From Cyanophora paradoxa CCMP329 (taxonomy: Eukaryota > Plantae > Glaucophyta): DNA of 64,000 bases. The stretch is from the NCBI GenBank assembly GCA_004431415.1, contig QPMI01000516.1, positions 186,001 to 250,000 on the forward strand, read 5' to 3'. Every line of letters starts with the position of its first letter. Positions within the stretch are counted from its first letter, which is position 1. The position numbers were made by a program, and so were the translations under genes. Under the pieces are notes generated by a model, which was not told where the DNA came from, searched no databases, and worked only from the letters and a program-made list of their open reading frames with translations. This document shows, one piece after another, positions 48,901 through 61,806 of this stretch.

Positions 48901-51900
48901 TCTTCGCCAGGATGTGGAAGAGCCGCTGCGGGGCAGAAGAAGAAGAAGCAGAGCGGCGAGTGAGAAGGGGCGGGGACAGGGAGATCAGAGGACGACTCCG
49001 TCTCTCTCTTTCCTCTCTTTCTCTTTCGTCCCGTCTTCCCTTCTCTATCTCTCTTTCTCTTTCGCCTCGTTCAGCAGCGCGCACGTGCATGGTGTCGGTG
49101 AGGGAGATCGGACCCCCGCGGGTGACCTTGAGCGTCGGCGGCGGCGGGCCCGAGAGCGTCGGCGGGCAGTCCGCTGACCCGGGCACCTGGATCAGACGGC
49201 TCAGACGGCCGCTCAGGCGGCTGGGCTTTAGGGAGAGGGGGGTACGGGCACGGACCACGAGCGCCTCGACGCCCGAGAGGTTCTGGACGTAGTAGTCCAT
49301 GACCTGGGGGCGGGGGGGGAAGAGGGTCGGGAGGGGTACAGGGGCCAAGGGAGGGGGGTAGGGCACCTCGCCGAAGACGCGGATGTCGCGCAGGCCCTTG
49401 ATGAGCCTGCGCTCGAAGAGAAGGAACGTAAGAAGAGAAGAGAAAGAGAAAGCAGAGGGGAGGACGAAGGAAGGCGCCCCGCCCCGCCCCTCTCCCGCCC
49501 CTCCCTCCCCTCTAAGAAAGAAGAGAAGAAGAGGGGTACGCACCGCTGGAGGACGTGGTTGTGGCGGTCCTCGACGTCCGCCTCCACCGCCGCCCGCAGC
49601 CGCCGGAAGCTGTCGGGGCGTCAGGCGGAGGCGCGGGCCCGGGGTCGAGAGGAGGGGGAGGGAGGAGCCTAGACGGATAGACGGCTGGATGGGAGCTTTG
49701 CGCGGGGCGAGCGGCGGCGGCGGCGGCGGCGTCAGGCGCGGGGGTTGAGAGGAGGAAGGATCGTAGATGTACGATAAAGCCGAGAGAAGCTCAGAGGCTC
49801 GCCTGTTGCGGGTGAGGCGCTCCTCGATCTCGGGGGTGCGCTGCCGCCGCTTCAGGCGCCAGAAGAGCATTGCGAAGGGCTGCGGCGAAAGGCCCGGGGT
49901 CAGGGCGGGGCGGGGCGAGTAGGAGGCAAAGGGGCAGGGCGGGCCTGCAGGACGGTGTAGCTGCGCCCGTACACGACCTGTGGGGGGGTGAGCCAAGGAC
50001 AAGGGGCCGGGGCCGGGACGGGGCGGGGAGAACGGGCGGGCCTCGTCGCGGGTGAAGATGTTGCGGGCCTCCTCGGCGAGCGCAGCCTCCTCCTCACCCA
50101 GCTGCGCCTTCTCCTGCGCCCCGGAAGTGAGCGGGCGGGCGGGCGGGCGCTGCGAAGGGATCCGATCCGGGGCGCCGGCTAGCGGATCCGGTCAAGCTAG
50201 CTCCTTTAAAAGGACCGCCCCTCTAAGAATTCGATCCTATATCCGATCCGATCCGATCCGGTCCGGGCGGACCTCGTCGGGGACGAGCAAGTCGACCCAC
50301 TCGTAGGCGTGCTGCGGCCCGCCCTCCGCGTCCGAAGGGATCGCCTCTGCGGGGGGGGGGGGCGCCAGCTCAGAAGTTTCAGAAGGGCGGGTGGGGCGCG
50401 GCATCGTAGGAAGGGGGGCCGGCGGGGGGGGGGGGGGGGGGGGCGTCAGCCGGGGCTGGTCTAGCCGGAGGAGTGTGTAGGAGGGCCGGTCTTAGAGTCT
50501 AGAAGGTTTAGAGGAGGGCGGGGCGGGGCGGGGACCGGCGAGCGGGGAGCAGTCCACGGCCAGGAGGGCCTTGCTGCTCGAGAAATTCGTCGCCACCAGC
50601 ACCACCTGTACCCCCCCGGACAACTCAGATGCGGTTAAGATCTGAACTGGGGGGGGGGGGGGGGGTGCGAGCCTCGGGGTCGCCGGTGCCGGTCTCGACG
50701 ACGGGCAGGTGCCGCGCGAACGCCAGCACGTTCACCGGTACCCCCCTGGAGGAGAGTGGGGTGAGTTGGGGTACGGGAGGAAGAGAAAAGAAAGGATGAC
50801 GATGTACCCCTTGCCGAGGGCCTCGAGGAAGGTGCAGCGGCCGTACTGGATGAGCGGGAGCATGCGGCGCAGGTTGCGCCGGTGCGAGTAGTGCAGCTGC
50901 GCGGCGCGCGCGAGCACACGCACGCGTCAACACCGACGTGTATCTTTTTTTTTTCGCTTAGCGATGCGAGCCCCGCTTGCTTGGCCCATCTAATCTTCTC
51001 CAATCTAACCCAACGAATCGTCTCTTGTCCATCTAATCTCCTCATTCTCCTCACCTTGATGAGGTCCAGGTCGGTGCCGCCGAAGGAGGGCGGCGCCGCC
51101 GCCGCGAGGGCCGCCAGGCCCCCCCCGAACCCGCTCACACTCATCCTGTTCGCTGTGTGAAAAAGGGCGCGGAGAAGAAACAGGGGCGCGGCGCACGAGA
51201 AGGCGTTGCCCTGGCTGTAGAACATGCCGCTCGGGGCGCGGGTCATGCCCCGCGGCTGCGGATCAGATCAGGTCAGATCATATCATATCACATCGCCCGA
51301 AGAAGAATGGAGAGCGGGCACCTGCGGGGGCGCCAGCGTGAGCGAGGTGGCGGCGTCCGCGGTGGCCGGCTGGAAGCCCATGCCCATCCCGTTCGCCGCC
51401 GCGGGAGGCAGCGACGGCGCCGTCTCGTGCGAGTGCTGCAGATTGCTAAAGCGTTCAGCGATCAGAAGAAAGCCAGAAGAGTTTGCTGCGGACCTCGCGG
51501 GCGATGGCGGGCATGTCGCGGGAAAGCGAGGTGAGGTCCGCCATCGACACCCCGATCTGCGCGCGCGGGGGCGGGGCGGCGGGGCGGTGAGTGAGGGGGC
51601 GCAGGCGGGCGGGCGGTGGGAGAGTGGGCCTCTAGCACTCCCAGCGCCTCAAAAGGTGAGAGAGCGGTGGGAAGGCGGAGGCGGGAGGCGCGGCCGGCAG
51701 GCATTGGGTAGCGGGCGGGGCGGGCGGGGAGGGCGGACCTTGGTGCGGCGGAGGCCGCCGCCCATGCCGCCACCCCCGCCGAGGCCGCCCCCGCCCAGGC
51801 CGCCGCCCAGAGAGAAGGAGTCCGGTGAATCCGCCCCGTGCAGCGCCCGGATCTGAGGAGAGCAACAGTAAGGAGGGGGTCCGGAGGCTTCAAAGGGCCG

Positions 51901-54900
51901 GGGACGGGGCCGGGGCCGCGTCGGCGGGGAGGAAAGAAAGAAGGTTCCCCTCTGAAGGGCCGGGGACGGACGGGCGGACGGACCTGGGGGGAGCCGGAGA
52001 CGTGGAGGCCCGGGGCCGCGAGCTGCTGCTGCCGCCCGGCGATCGCCCCGCGCAGCAGGTTCTGCGGGGGTGGGGGCGGGCCGGGCCGTCTCAGCGCGCA
52101 GCGGGGGCGGAGGCAGAGGCGGAGAAGGCGGGCGGGGCGGGGCAGGCACCTGCTTGGCGGCGAGGCCGGCCGAGGCCGACGAGAGCTCCGCCAGGTTCGA
52201 CGACGAGAGCTGCGCAAGGGGGCGGGAGGCAGGCGTGAGCGAGCGGGGGGAGAAGGAGGCGGGAGGGGCGGCTTGCCTGGCGGGAGCCGAGGGAGGGCGG
52301 GGCCGGCGGGATGAGCTGCGCGGCGGAGCAGCAGGAAGAAGTCGTCAGCGCGGGGACGAGGAAGCGTGGAAGCCCCCTCCGATCTCGAGGAAACTTCGAG
52401 GCGGACCTGCTCGGCGCGGCTCTGGAGGGGGTGCTTCGGCTGCTGCGACGGGTGCTGCGGCTCCGGCGCGTAGCTCTCCACCGACCTGCGAGCGAGCGAA
52501 GGCCGAGGACAGGGGGAGGGGGGAGGGGGGGGGGCGAAGCTCAGCTCAGCTTTTCGGAGCAGAGCTTTTGAGAGTCGTGGGGGCGGCGCCGGGCGGGCGG
52601 GCGGGCGAGCGGCGCCAGACCCTCCGGGCCCTAGACTTCTCTCTCTTCGAGCGTCTAAGCGATGAGCGTCTAAGTAAGCAGCGTACCCCTCGTACTCGGA
52701 GGGGGACTGGAAGGAGTAGAGGCCGGCCATGTCCGGCCGCTCCATCTTCCTGCGGGGGGATGGAATCAGATCAGATCGGATCGGATATGATCTGAGCCGA
52801 GCGGCGAGGGCGGGGCGCGGCCGCGGCTGGCGCCTGCACAGCCGCCTATCGCCTACGATGCTCCCAGCGACTTCGGGCGGGGCGGGCAAGAAAGCGTACC
52901 CCTCCTCCTCGCCGGCGAAGGTCATGGGGATGTCGGGGAGGAGGAAGAGCACGTCTACCGCCGCCCACGCCCCGCTGCGCGCGGACGAAGGAGAATGATA
53001 AGTACCGGATCGAATCGGATCGGAGTCGGGAGGGGCGGGGCGGGGCGGGGCGGGGCGGGGCGGGGCGGGGCGGGGCGGGGCAGGACTTCATTCTTTCCGA
53101 GGATCTAGGCTAACGCTTCTAATTCTAGATTAAGCCAAGGCTTGTCTAAGGCTTCTAAGGCTTCTAAGCTCCACTCTGTTCGTCCACGCACTTTCCGAAG
53201 AGGGCGGTGGGGTAGGGGAGGCGGTGCCCGCAGATGGAGCCGACGCAGAAGGCCCCCTCGGGGAGGGCGCCCCGCGCCTCCCGCCACCACCCGTTCACCT
53301 CCGCCATCTGCGCCCGCCCCGCGCCCGCTCAGATGAATGGATGAAAAGACGATAACACCAGCTTAGGGCTGAGCTGAGAAGCGCAGCCTAGTGCCGCTAG
53401 ATCCCCGCATCCTCCTCGCACCTTGGTGGGCTCGGCGCGGGCGACGCGGCCGGAGCGGGCGACCTCGCGCCCGAAGAGCGACGCGAGGCGCGGCGCCAGC
53501 TCCGACGCGTGCGGCACGACGCCCGAGAGCGCCAGCGCCCGCTCCCGGCCCCTGCGGAGCGGAAAGGTGCGTGGGTGGATCGAAGCCGGCTGGCTGGCTG
53601 TTTCCTATTCCTAAGGGCGGGGCGGGGCGGGCGGACCAGGCGGTCTCGGCGAGGAAGACGAAGTCGGGGTGGCGCGCCCACACCGCCCGCGTCAGCTGCC
53701 CCCGGGGGGAGAGGGGGATGTCAGCCGGGGCGAGAAGAGAAGGATGCGGTGGAGGGATCCGGGGGGGTTGGGTTGCTCGGCCCCGCGCGGGGTTGGGTTG
53801 GAGGGAGGGGCCCGGCGCCTCTGCGCCCCGGCGCGGCCCGGCGCACCTTCGCCAGCAGGGGGTTCGCGTACCCGGCCTCCGCCGCCGGCGTGTTCCAGTA
53901 CCCCGCCTGCGCGAGACGCCCCTCGTCAGGGCCACCACCCGCGCGCCTCTCGGCATTACATCTTAGTCCTCGCATCTCTTATCTCGGATCTTAGCTCTGG
54001 AATCTAGTCATCTAGTCCTCGGGGCGGGGGCGGGGGCGGGGGCGGGCAGAGGCGGACCTCGGCGTGGGGCTTGACGACGGCGCCCTCGAGGACGTCCACC
54101 GCCCCGTACACAGGCGCGCTCGGCCCGTCGTACCTGAGGAGAGAGATGGATGAGATTAGATTGGATTAGATTAGATCGGATGAGATGGATGGATGAGATG
54201 GGAGCGCACCCGGGCTCCACCCGCCGCAGCTCCTCCTGCGGGCGCGCGGGCGCGTCAGGGCCGCTCACGGACCGAGCTAAAGATAGACAGCCCAGCGGGG
54301 GGGGCGGGGGAGGGGTACCAGGTCGGCCTGGAGGACGAGGGGCCACGCCTGCGCGTTGTCCAGGCGCACGCCGTGCACGCGGTAGCGCGACGCCTGCGAA
54401 AGCGGAAGGCGCGGGGCGGTCGGACAGACAGGCGAGCCCGGGCGGAGAAAGCGGCTCAAGGTCCAGGCCTTCCCCTCCCCCGACCTCCTAGGAGCCCCCC
54501 GGGAGGGGGGTACGGGGGCGGGGCCGCACGAGGTAGAGTGTCTCGTAGCAGAGGAGGTCCCACGCGTCCAGCTTCCGGTAGTTCTGCGGGAGGGGAGGGA
54601 AGGGGGGGGCGCGCGGGTCAGGCGGGGGGGAGGGCGGAGTGGCGGAAGGGAGGCGGGGGCCCGTCTATGGATGGCGCGGCCACCCCTCCACGTCTAGTGT
54701 GCGCGGCTCCTAATGCTCTCCTAGTGAGCTCAAGTGCTCCTCTCCTAGGGCTCTCCCATCGCTCTCCCTGGGCTGGGGCGGGGCGGGGCGGACGGGGAGG
54801 GAGGTGTCGTCCCAGACGAGGTCGCCGCGGCCGTCCGTGCCCCGGTGCGGCACCCGCCGCCCGTGCTCGTCCAGCGTGCTGCGAGGAGGGGGAGGTGGTG

Positions 54901-57900
54901 AGGGCGAGGGCGAGGAGGAGGGAGGGAGGGGCCGGGCTAGCGAGCTAGGGCTAGCGAGCTAGCTCGCCAGTGGCGAGCTGGCTGGGTGAGGGCGAGGAGG
55001 AGGGAGGTAGAGAAGGAGGGGGCGCGGGTCTAACTGGCTCGCTGGCTGGCTGGCTCTGGCTGGCTTGCTGGATGGCGGGGCGGGGGCGGGGGCACCTGAC
55101 GAGGAGGGGCTCGTACTTGCGGCGGACGCGCCCGCCGGCCACGCGCGCCGTCACATCCACCAGCACCTGAGGGGGCGCGAGGCGGGCGAGGCGGGGACCG
55201 GCTCAGCTCGGTCCCCTTGGATCGGACGCGGCGGCCAGGAGGGAGGGAGGGAGGAAGGACCTTGAGGCCGAGGTACGAGGCCTCGTCCACCATGTCCCTG
55301 CGAGAAGAAGGGGAAGAAAGGGCGGGCGGGGCTCAGGCGGGCGGAAGGGCGGGCGGTTGGATGGCCGAGCTAGACAGGACGCTTTCAGCCCAACCAGTAC
55401 TAATCAACGGCGGACGGATGGACGGCCGAGCCAAGAACTCGGGCGCGAAAGGACGCTTTCTGTGCGCCTAGACGGCCCAACCAGTGCTAAACAGCGACGA
55501 TCCGCCTTATCGTTAGAGCGGGCGGATCAGCCTGGAGATGGGCAGCCGAGCCAAGAAGGCTCGAGCGCGAGAAGACGGTGCTAAACAGCGACGATCCGCC
55601 CTAACGCTAGCCCGAGTCGCGCAGCGGCGGAGCACGCGCCCGGGCAGCTCAGAAAGGCGGGCGGCTGAGCTGAGGCCCGTTCAGCGCACCGGAACGCCGG
55701 CTCGCCGCCGAGCATGGAGCACGGGCGCGTGCGGTCCGCAACGGCCATCGGCGACGCGTCCGGCCGCTGCGGGGCGGGGTCGTCAGGCGGAGCGGGGCGA
55801 CAGGCTGGGCTAGGCTGGGCTAGGCTGGGATAGGCTAGGCTAGCAGCAGGGGAGGGAGCGCGGTGGGGGGGAAACGGACCTGCCAGGATCCGTCCCCGCG
55901 CACGGCGCCGTTGTCACGCTCCATCGCGCCCATGACGTACAGGCTGCGGGTGGGGGGTACACGAGATCAGGGAGGGGGAGGAGGCAGGGGGGTTGGGAAG
56001 GGGGGTACCTCGTGATGCCGTCGTCCTTGAAGCGAGCGAGGGCGTCCCTCACGTTGTCGAAGGTGCCTGAGGGGTACGGCGTTCGTGTGGGCGGGGGGAG
56101 GCGGCGCCGGAGAAGGGGGGTACGCGCGGACCGCGGTGGAGGATCTGGCGGCTGACGGGGTCGATCTGAGCGTCCTGCAGGTCGGGAATGACTGCGCAGG
56201 GGAAGGGTACGCTCGCTTCAGGGGGGTACGATGGCGGGAAGGCGGGGAGGGGGGGGAAGCGGACCCTCGTGCATCTGCTCGGAGCGGAGGGCCGCCGGGT
56301 GGACCACAAAGCGACCCTGGACGGCGGATTCCGGTACCCCCGGAACCTCCAGCAGGGAGAAGGTGCCTGCGCGAAGGGGAGGTAAGTCAGGCGCTGGCGG
56401 GGGCTGAGCCGGGCAGGGGTACGGGCGAACCATCCGAGCTGAGCTGGACGAAGCGCCAGTCGAAGAATCCCGCGCGGGGGAACGCGTTCAGCTCGACCTG
56501 CGGGCGGGTACGCGCGTCGGAAGGGGGGTACAGGTGCAGCAGAAGCCGGGGGGGGGGGAGCGGCGCACGCGCAGGTTGGGCGCGGTCTTCGAGAGGCGGT
56601 GGCGCGTCTTCATCGTGGCGTCCGACGAAACGTCGTACGATGGACCGTTCACCTGCGGATCGAATTCGATCAGCGGCCGTCCGGCAAGCCGGCGCGGGGC
56701 GGGGGGCACGCACGAGGAGGTAGACCGACTCAACGGGTACGGGGAGCGCGCTCTGCGCGGGGAGGGGGCGATGAGGGGCACCGAGAGGGGGTACGCGGGC
56801 GGGCGGCCGGGCAGGGCGCGCCTTCTGGACGGGTACGTCGACGATGAAATCGTCGCCGACCGCGCGGACGATGGCCTTGAGCGGCTCGTCTGCGCGCAGA
56901 CGCGGGCGCGTCAATAATCGCCAGGCGCGTGCGCAGGTTCGAATCCCGGAGGGCGCGCACCGATCTGCCAGAAGACGCCGTCGTACAGGACGTTCAGCAG
57001 GCGGACCGAGCGATCGCGGATCGAGGCGTGCTGCGGCGGCGGGGCGGCGTCAGCTGGCCGCTGTGCGCGCGCAAATGCACTGAAAGCGGAGGTACCTGCG
57101 AGCCGAGCTGCGTGATGAGGAGCCGTTCGACGTAGCGCGTTGAGTTGGCGTCGCCCGCGAACTGGAAGTACCTGCGCGGGCGTCGGCGGCCGTGCGGGTG
57201 GGCGGAGCGGCGGGGCGCGGAGAACGCACGAGAGGTCCTCCTCGAGCTCGTCGAGCGCCTCCGCGACGACGGCCTCCTGGTCGGCGATGAGGCGCGCGAC
57301 GAACGTCTGGAACTTGCCCTCGTTGTAGCGCCGGGCCGTAGCGCCCTCCAGAACGCGCGCGCAGTCATTTCCGACGAGCGACCACGCGATGCTGTCGACC
57401 GAAGAGCCGTCTGCGCGCGGGACGCCAGGTGAGCGATTCGCGTCGGCGCGCCATCGGCGCAGTGTGGGGTGACGCGCGGGGCTGGCGTTGGCATGGACCC
57501 GCAAACGTAAAGCCTCCCAACGACTATTGAAGTTTGTGCGCATGATCGCTAAGGGCGCCGCGACCCCGCCCCGGCTCGGAGGCTCACGCACCGCGAAGCA
57601 AGCGCTCGGCGTCCTCCTTCGCCTCGCGCGCCTTCCAGAACTCGAAGGCGGCGTTGCTTCCATTCTTGATTTCTTTGCCGGTGCCGTTCGCCACGCTCGC
57701 GTCACCGGCCAGCCCCTTCGACGAACCGGCTGGAGGCGCCATTGCAGCAACGATGCCTACGGGAGCAGGGGCAGCTGGCGATCATGGTGAGCGTCCCTGA
57801 AATGATCGCCGCACCACGCACGGCAGTACGTACCAGCGACCACAGGCAGGGGACTGCTAGACTCCCCGCGCGGGCTATCTTGCGGAGAACCTTGCGGCGA

Positions 57901-57945
57901 CGGTCCGCTTGCCGTTCCCGAGCCGCCCTTCTTCTTCTTTGCCAT
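42924..57945 (-). CDS. Cytosolic starch/glycogen synthase: N-terminal GH13 alpha-amylase-like domain + GT5 glucosyltransferase + C-terminal CBM48 (~55-60 short exons)
   Basis: GH13-like: LYVMGAMERDNG, HRGTDG, NYRK, HGVRLDNAQAWP, FVFLAE. GT5: PELGKW.TVGGLGVMVDEL, VTNDWFTG, FHIVHNL, GTVSPSY, FVGRITEQKG, MPSLFEPGGIVQQE, KTGGLKDTV. CBM48: FTFRWTQGG, VFVAGSFDNW, GTYLYKFIVDGQW, GNVNN. Start MAKKKKGG; stop 42924-42926. Confidence 0.93.
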
Positions 57946-59328
57946 GGCGCTGCAGCTTGCGCGCAGGGCCGTCAGAAGTGACGTACCCACCAGGAAGTTG
58001 CTCCCTGGGGCGCGCGAACTCTGCGGCGAGCTCGATCCGGTTCGGCCCGAGCGTTCTATGAAAGCAAGCGCGACATCCGATGCGTCGAATCCCAGCGCCC
58101 GCCGGAGAGATCAAATGGCCATGCCACGCGAATCGCTCATGATCAGCAGGACTCTTCGATCGAACAAGTACAGCCCCGGGAGCCCAAACAGCGCCGCGGG
58201 GCAACAACGGACGACTACCCAAGGAGCGGTGCAGTCCGCACAGCTCGGCAGCGACGCTCCTAGGACTCGGCCCGAGGCAGACCCTCTCCCAACCCGCGAA
58301 GGGCGGTTCTGGGTGCCTAGCAAGGGCGGTCCTTCATCTCCTTAGCACGCGCAGTAGAGAGCTAGATAAGCTGGGCGACCAGGCGCAAGCTAGACAATCC
58401 CCCTGTTAAGAGCTATAGCGCAGCTGCAGCAGGTCACGCCCGAGCTGCGAAAGCGCCAGCCGACTAGGGACCACAGTGCCGCGGTCCACATGGGCGACAG
58501 AAGAAGTGCTGCCCACGCCGGCGTGAGAGAGTGCAAGAGTGCCCTTCAAGTGCATGTGTGAGAACAGCAGCCCCGACCGAGCGGGGGCAGGGGGACGCTC
58601 TTACCAAAGCGAGGCCAAGCCGAAGCTTACAGGACCGCTTTGGGGAGCCCCACCGAGCTGCTGCGCGCCCCAGCGAGCCCCGTCAACGCTCGCGGGCGCC
58701 AAGGGCGCATCTAAACCCGTGAGACCCGCCCGCGCCGCCCCGCTCCGCCCGCATCGCTAGGCATCCTCGGCAACCGCAGCGTTCAACGAGCTCGACCCCG
58801 ACCCGCGGCCGTCGACCGCAGTCCGGAAGTCTGCCGCGAGGGAACGGGTGAGTGCCAGGTATGGTAAAGCAGCAGCCAAGAAGAGAGATGGAGCATCAAA
58901 TAGAGACAACCGAAACACGATACAATCCTACAGGCACCTCACCGCGAGGTCGCCGCCGCCGCGAACGCGGTGAGACAAGCTGCGAGTGGCAGGGTCCTTT
59001 AAGAACACCGGCAGGACACCACGGCTCGACACGGGCCACCGGACGCCCGTACCTCACGCGTGCTGAGAAGGGTCGAGGTGCGTCCTCCGACCCTCAGATG
59101 CCGCCGTCCCGCCGGCCATCTCTGTGGCCTGGAGGGGACAGTCGCGACTATCTACTGCACGAGCCGGGGCATACGCTGCCGCCCGCCTCCGCCGACGAAG
59201 GAAGGAGGAGCGGCTGATTCACCGACCGAGAAGCGAGTCTGCCGAAGCAAGCAGGCCCTAATCAGCGCCTAATGTCGACTAGAAACGAACACTGACTGCA
59301 AACACGCACTCAACGGACGGCGAAGCGT

Positions 59329-59877
59329 TCACGGGTCCATATGAACAGCCTCCCGAAGACCAGCGACATCGATGAAGGGCGCGCCGGGGGCCAGGAAGGA
59401 GCCGCAGAAGTCGATGCCCGAGCCGTCATCTTGTGTCCAAGCGTGCGGGTGCGAATTTTCGATCCACGAAGACGTGGACAGGAGAGGCGTGGGGGGAACT
59501 GACGGAGGCGAAGATGGCCGCGCGGCCACGGACTGAGACCGCCGAAGATGCGCGGGAAGCCTCCTCGAAGTGAAGCGCCGACTGCCCACCCGCTTCCGCC
59601 GCCCGCCGCGGCAGCCTCTCCGCTTGCGCCGCCCGGCCGAAGAATCCTCCACCGCGCTGCGCAGCGTCGAGACACTCTTGGAGGTGATGGTGGGGGTGTC
59701 GAGGGCGCGGAAGAAGGAGCCGTGCTGCAGGAAGTTGGACGGGAGGGCGAGAATGGTCGGGAACTTGCGGGGGAAACGGAGCGGCAGGAGCGGCGTCCGC
59801 GGCAAGGAGGGCCAACTGAACGCTGTGGAGGCGACGGACAGGGCCGGCGAGGCCGGCGAGGGCGGAAATCTGGTCAT
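59329..59877 (-). CDS. Possible small basic protein or exon (RRKRRGCRGGRRKR motif)
   Basis: 182-aa frame with host-like C/G-ending codons; no recognised domain; divergent from the + gene at 59977. Confidence 0.3.
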   Translation of the reverse strand: MTRFPPSPASPALSVASTAFSWPSLPRTPLLPLRFPRKFPTILALPSNFLQHGSFFRALDTPTITSKSVSTLRSAVEDSSAGRRKRRGCRGGRRKRVGSRRFTSRRLPAHLRRSQSVAARPSSPPSVPPTPLLSTSSWIENSHPHAWTQDDGSGIDFCGSFLAPGAPFIDVAGLREAVHMDP

Positions 59878-59976
59878 CGCAGAAAAGGGTCTTTAGGACG
59901 GGTACTTGTTGTAGAACGCGTTGCGGGTTCGGCTCCCTGCGGGTGTGTCCTGGTCCCGCGCAGGCTTTGGGGCGCC

Positions 59977-61332
59977 ATGGACGAAGATAAGAAGTCCTCT
60001 CCGACCTCTGATGCATCCAAGTCGTCAAAGCCACCAGCTGGGCCGCCTGCGAAGCCCGCAGCTGCTGGCCCGTCAGTCAGCGCCGACGACCGGTCCAAGC
60101 CCGGCAGGGGATCGCGTTTGCAGGCGAAGCATGTGATGACTGCAGTACCAGTCCTCACGCGCATCAACATCGTGCTCAAGAACAGCGAGACGTCCGAGGA
60201 TCTCAAGAAAATGCGGAGCTTCGATCCCCTCGGCATGGTGATGCGCGACCGAGGCGATAAAGGAGGTGCAGGGCGCTCTACACCTTTAATGCACGACGTG
60301 AAGACGAACATCGACGTGCGCGCCCGCCCCTCCACTTGCGCAATTAAATTTCTCGTGCCATTGCCTGCCGCGGGGCGAACCAGGGCCCTCCTCTGCTTGC
60401 CTCCACACGCTTTAAGTTCATTTTAGATTATCATCTGCCCGAGACGCTCCAACACCTCCGCCTTGCTCCACGCGGCCCGTTCCGCGTCCAGCGCTCGCTG
60501 GTCTTTCCGCCCTGCCCGCCCCTCCTTGAGAGTCGCCCTACCTCTTGCCCTCCTTATCTCTAGCTCGAGTACACTCGGGGGAATGCGTCAGGTGGGATGG
60601 GCTCGCTCTGACAGCGGCCCCTGCAGCCGCGGACCAAGAAGCAGTACTGGACCGTGGAGGTCGACCGCATGGAGCCGATGCCGCGCAAGAGGCGCTACGA
60701 CCTCGCGGTCGGCGCCGCGGTGCCGGCCTTCCTGCGAAGATCGGGCGCGGACTCGGCGGGAGGGCGTGCGGACGGGGCGCGGGCTGCGCAGCCGATGTAC
60801 TCGTCCGCTGCGGTCAACCGCCTCGTTGAGGAGAACCAGAGCCTGCGGCAGGAGCTTGTGGACGCGAACGCTTCCATCACGTCGCTGCAGGACGAGAACG
60901 AAGGGCTCCGGGAGACCGCGCGCCGCTTCCGCGCGCGCGTCGAGCAGCTGGACCCCGAGCCAGCCGAGTCCGACCCGCCCGGCCCGCCCTGCGCCGCCAT
61001 GCGCGGCCTCGCCGCCGAGCTCAGGCGCGTCGAGTCTGCGCTCCGCTCGGGCGCCGCGACGCTCTCCCCCGCCGCCTCCGGCGACCTCGCCGCCGCCCTC
61101 TCCGACCTCTCCGCCCGTCTCTCCGCCATCGCTCCGCCCCGCCCCCGCCCCGCCGCCGCCCGCCAGCGCCGCCGAGCCCGGGCCCGCCGCGACCTCCTCC
61201 TCCTCTTCCTCCTCCTCCGGCGCCGGCGGCGCCGCCGCCGCCTCCGGCGCCGCGGCCGCGGCCCCCGAGGGGGGCCCCTCGCCCATGGAGGTCGACAAGG
61301 GCGGCCAGAGCGCGTCCGGCGGTGCAGTGTAG
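59977..61332 (+). CDS. Hypothetical multi-exon coiled-coil protein
   Basis: ATG in GCCATGG context (MDEDKKSS..); GT donor ~60316; later exon NRLVEENQSLRQELVDANASITSLQDENEGLRETARRFRARVEQL (heptad pattern); 3' end approximate. Confidence 0.55.
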
Positions 61333-61806
61333 GCGGTCAGAGCGCGTATACGTATACATTTCGCGTTCACTCTAGCTTTATCGTTTCAAGTAGAAAGGCT
61401 ACCACTCGTTTTTCATCGCTGCGGAATGTGCATGCGTCTTAGGGGCATGCGCAGGGGCGCCAGTGCTGTACTGAGCAGCTGCGGAGCTGAATCTGTAGCT
61501 AGTACTGCACGTAGAAAGAGACTCGTCGATAGAGATAATTACATTATGATATACTTCGCGGCCTGGTCAGCGACCAATACACGCTAACGCGATTCACAAA
61601 CAATAAGTTTACATTACATTAAGGTGCCCGCGGTAGGCGAGGGCGATTGGTGTACGGACGGGGAAGGGAAATGGGGTACGGCGGAATGGACGAGGGCAGG
61701 GTACGGGGGCGAGGAAAAAGGGCGGAAGGCGGATGAATCTAGATCGAGGAAGAAGGGGGGAATGCGGATGAATCTAGATCCAGCTCAAAAATTGTCAGCT
61801 TGAGCT

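Noticed and set aside
53240-54880. Apparent frameshifts in starch synthase exons
   Set aside because: On recount the exons (WWREARGALPEG, PHRGTDG) are in frame.
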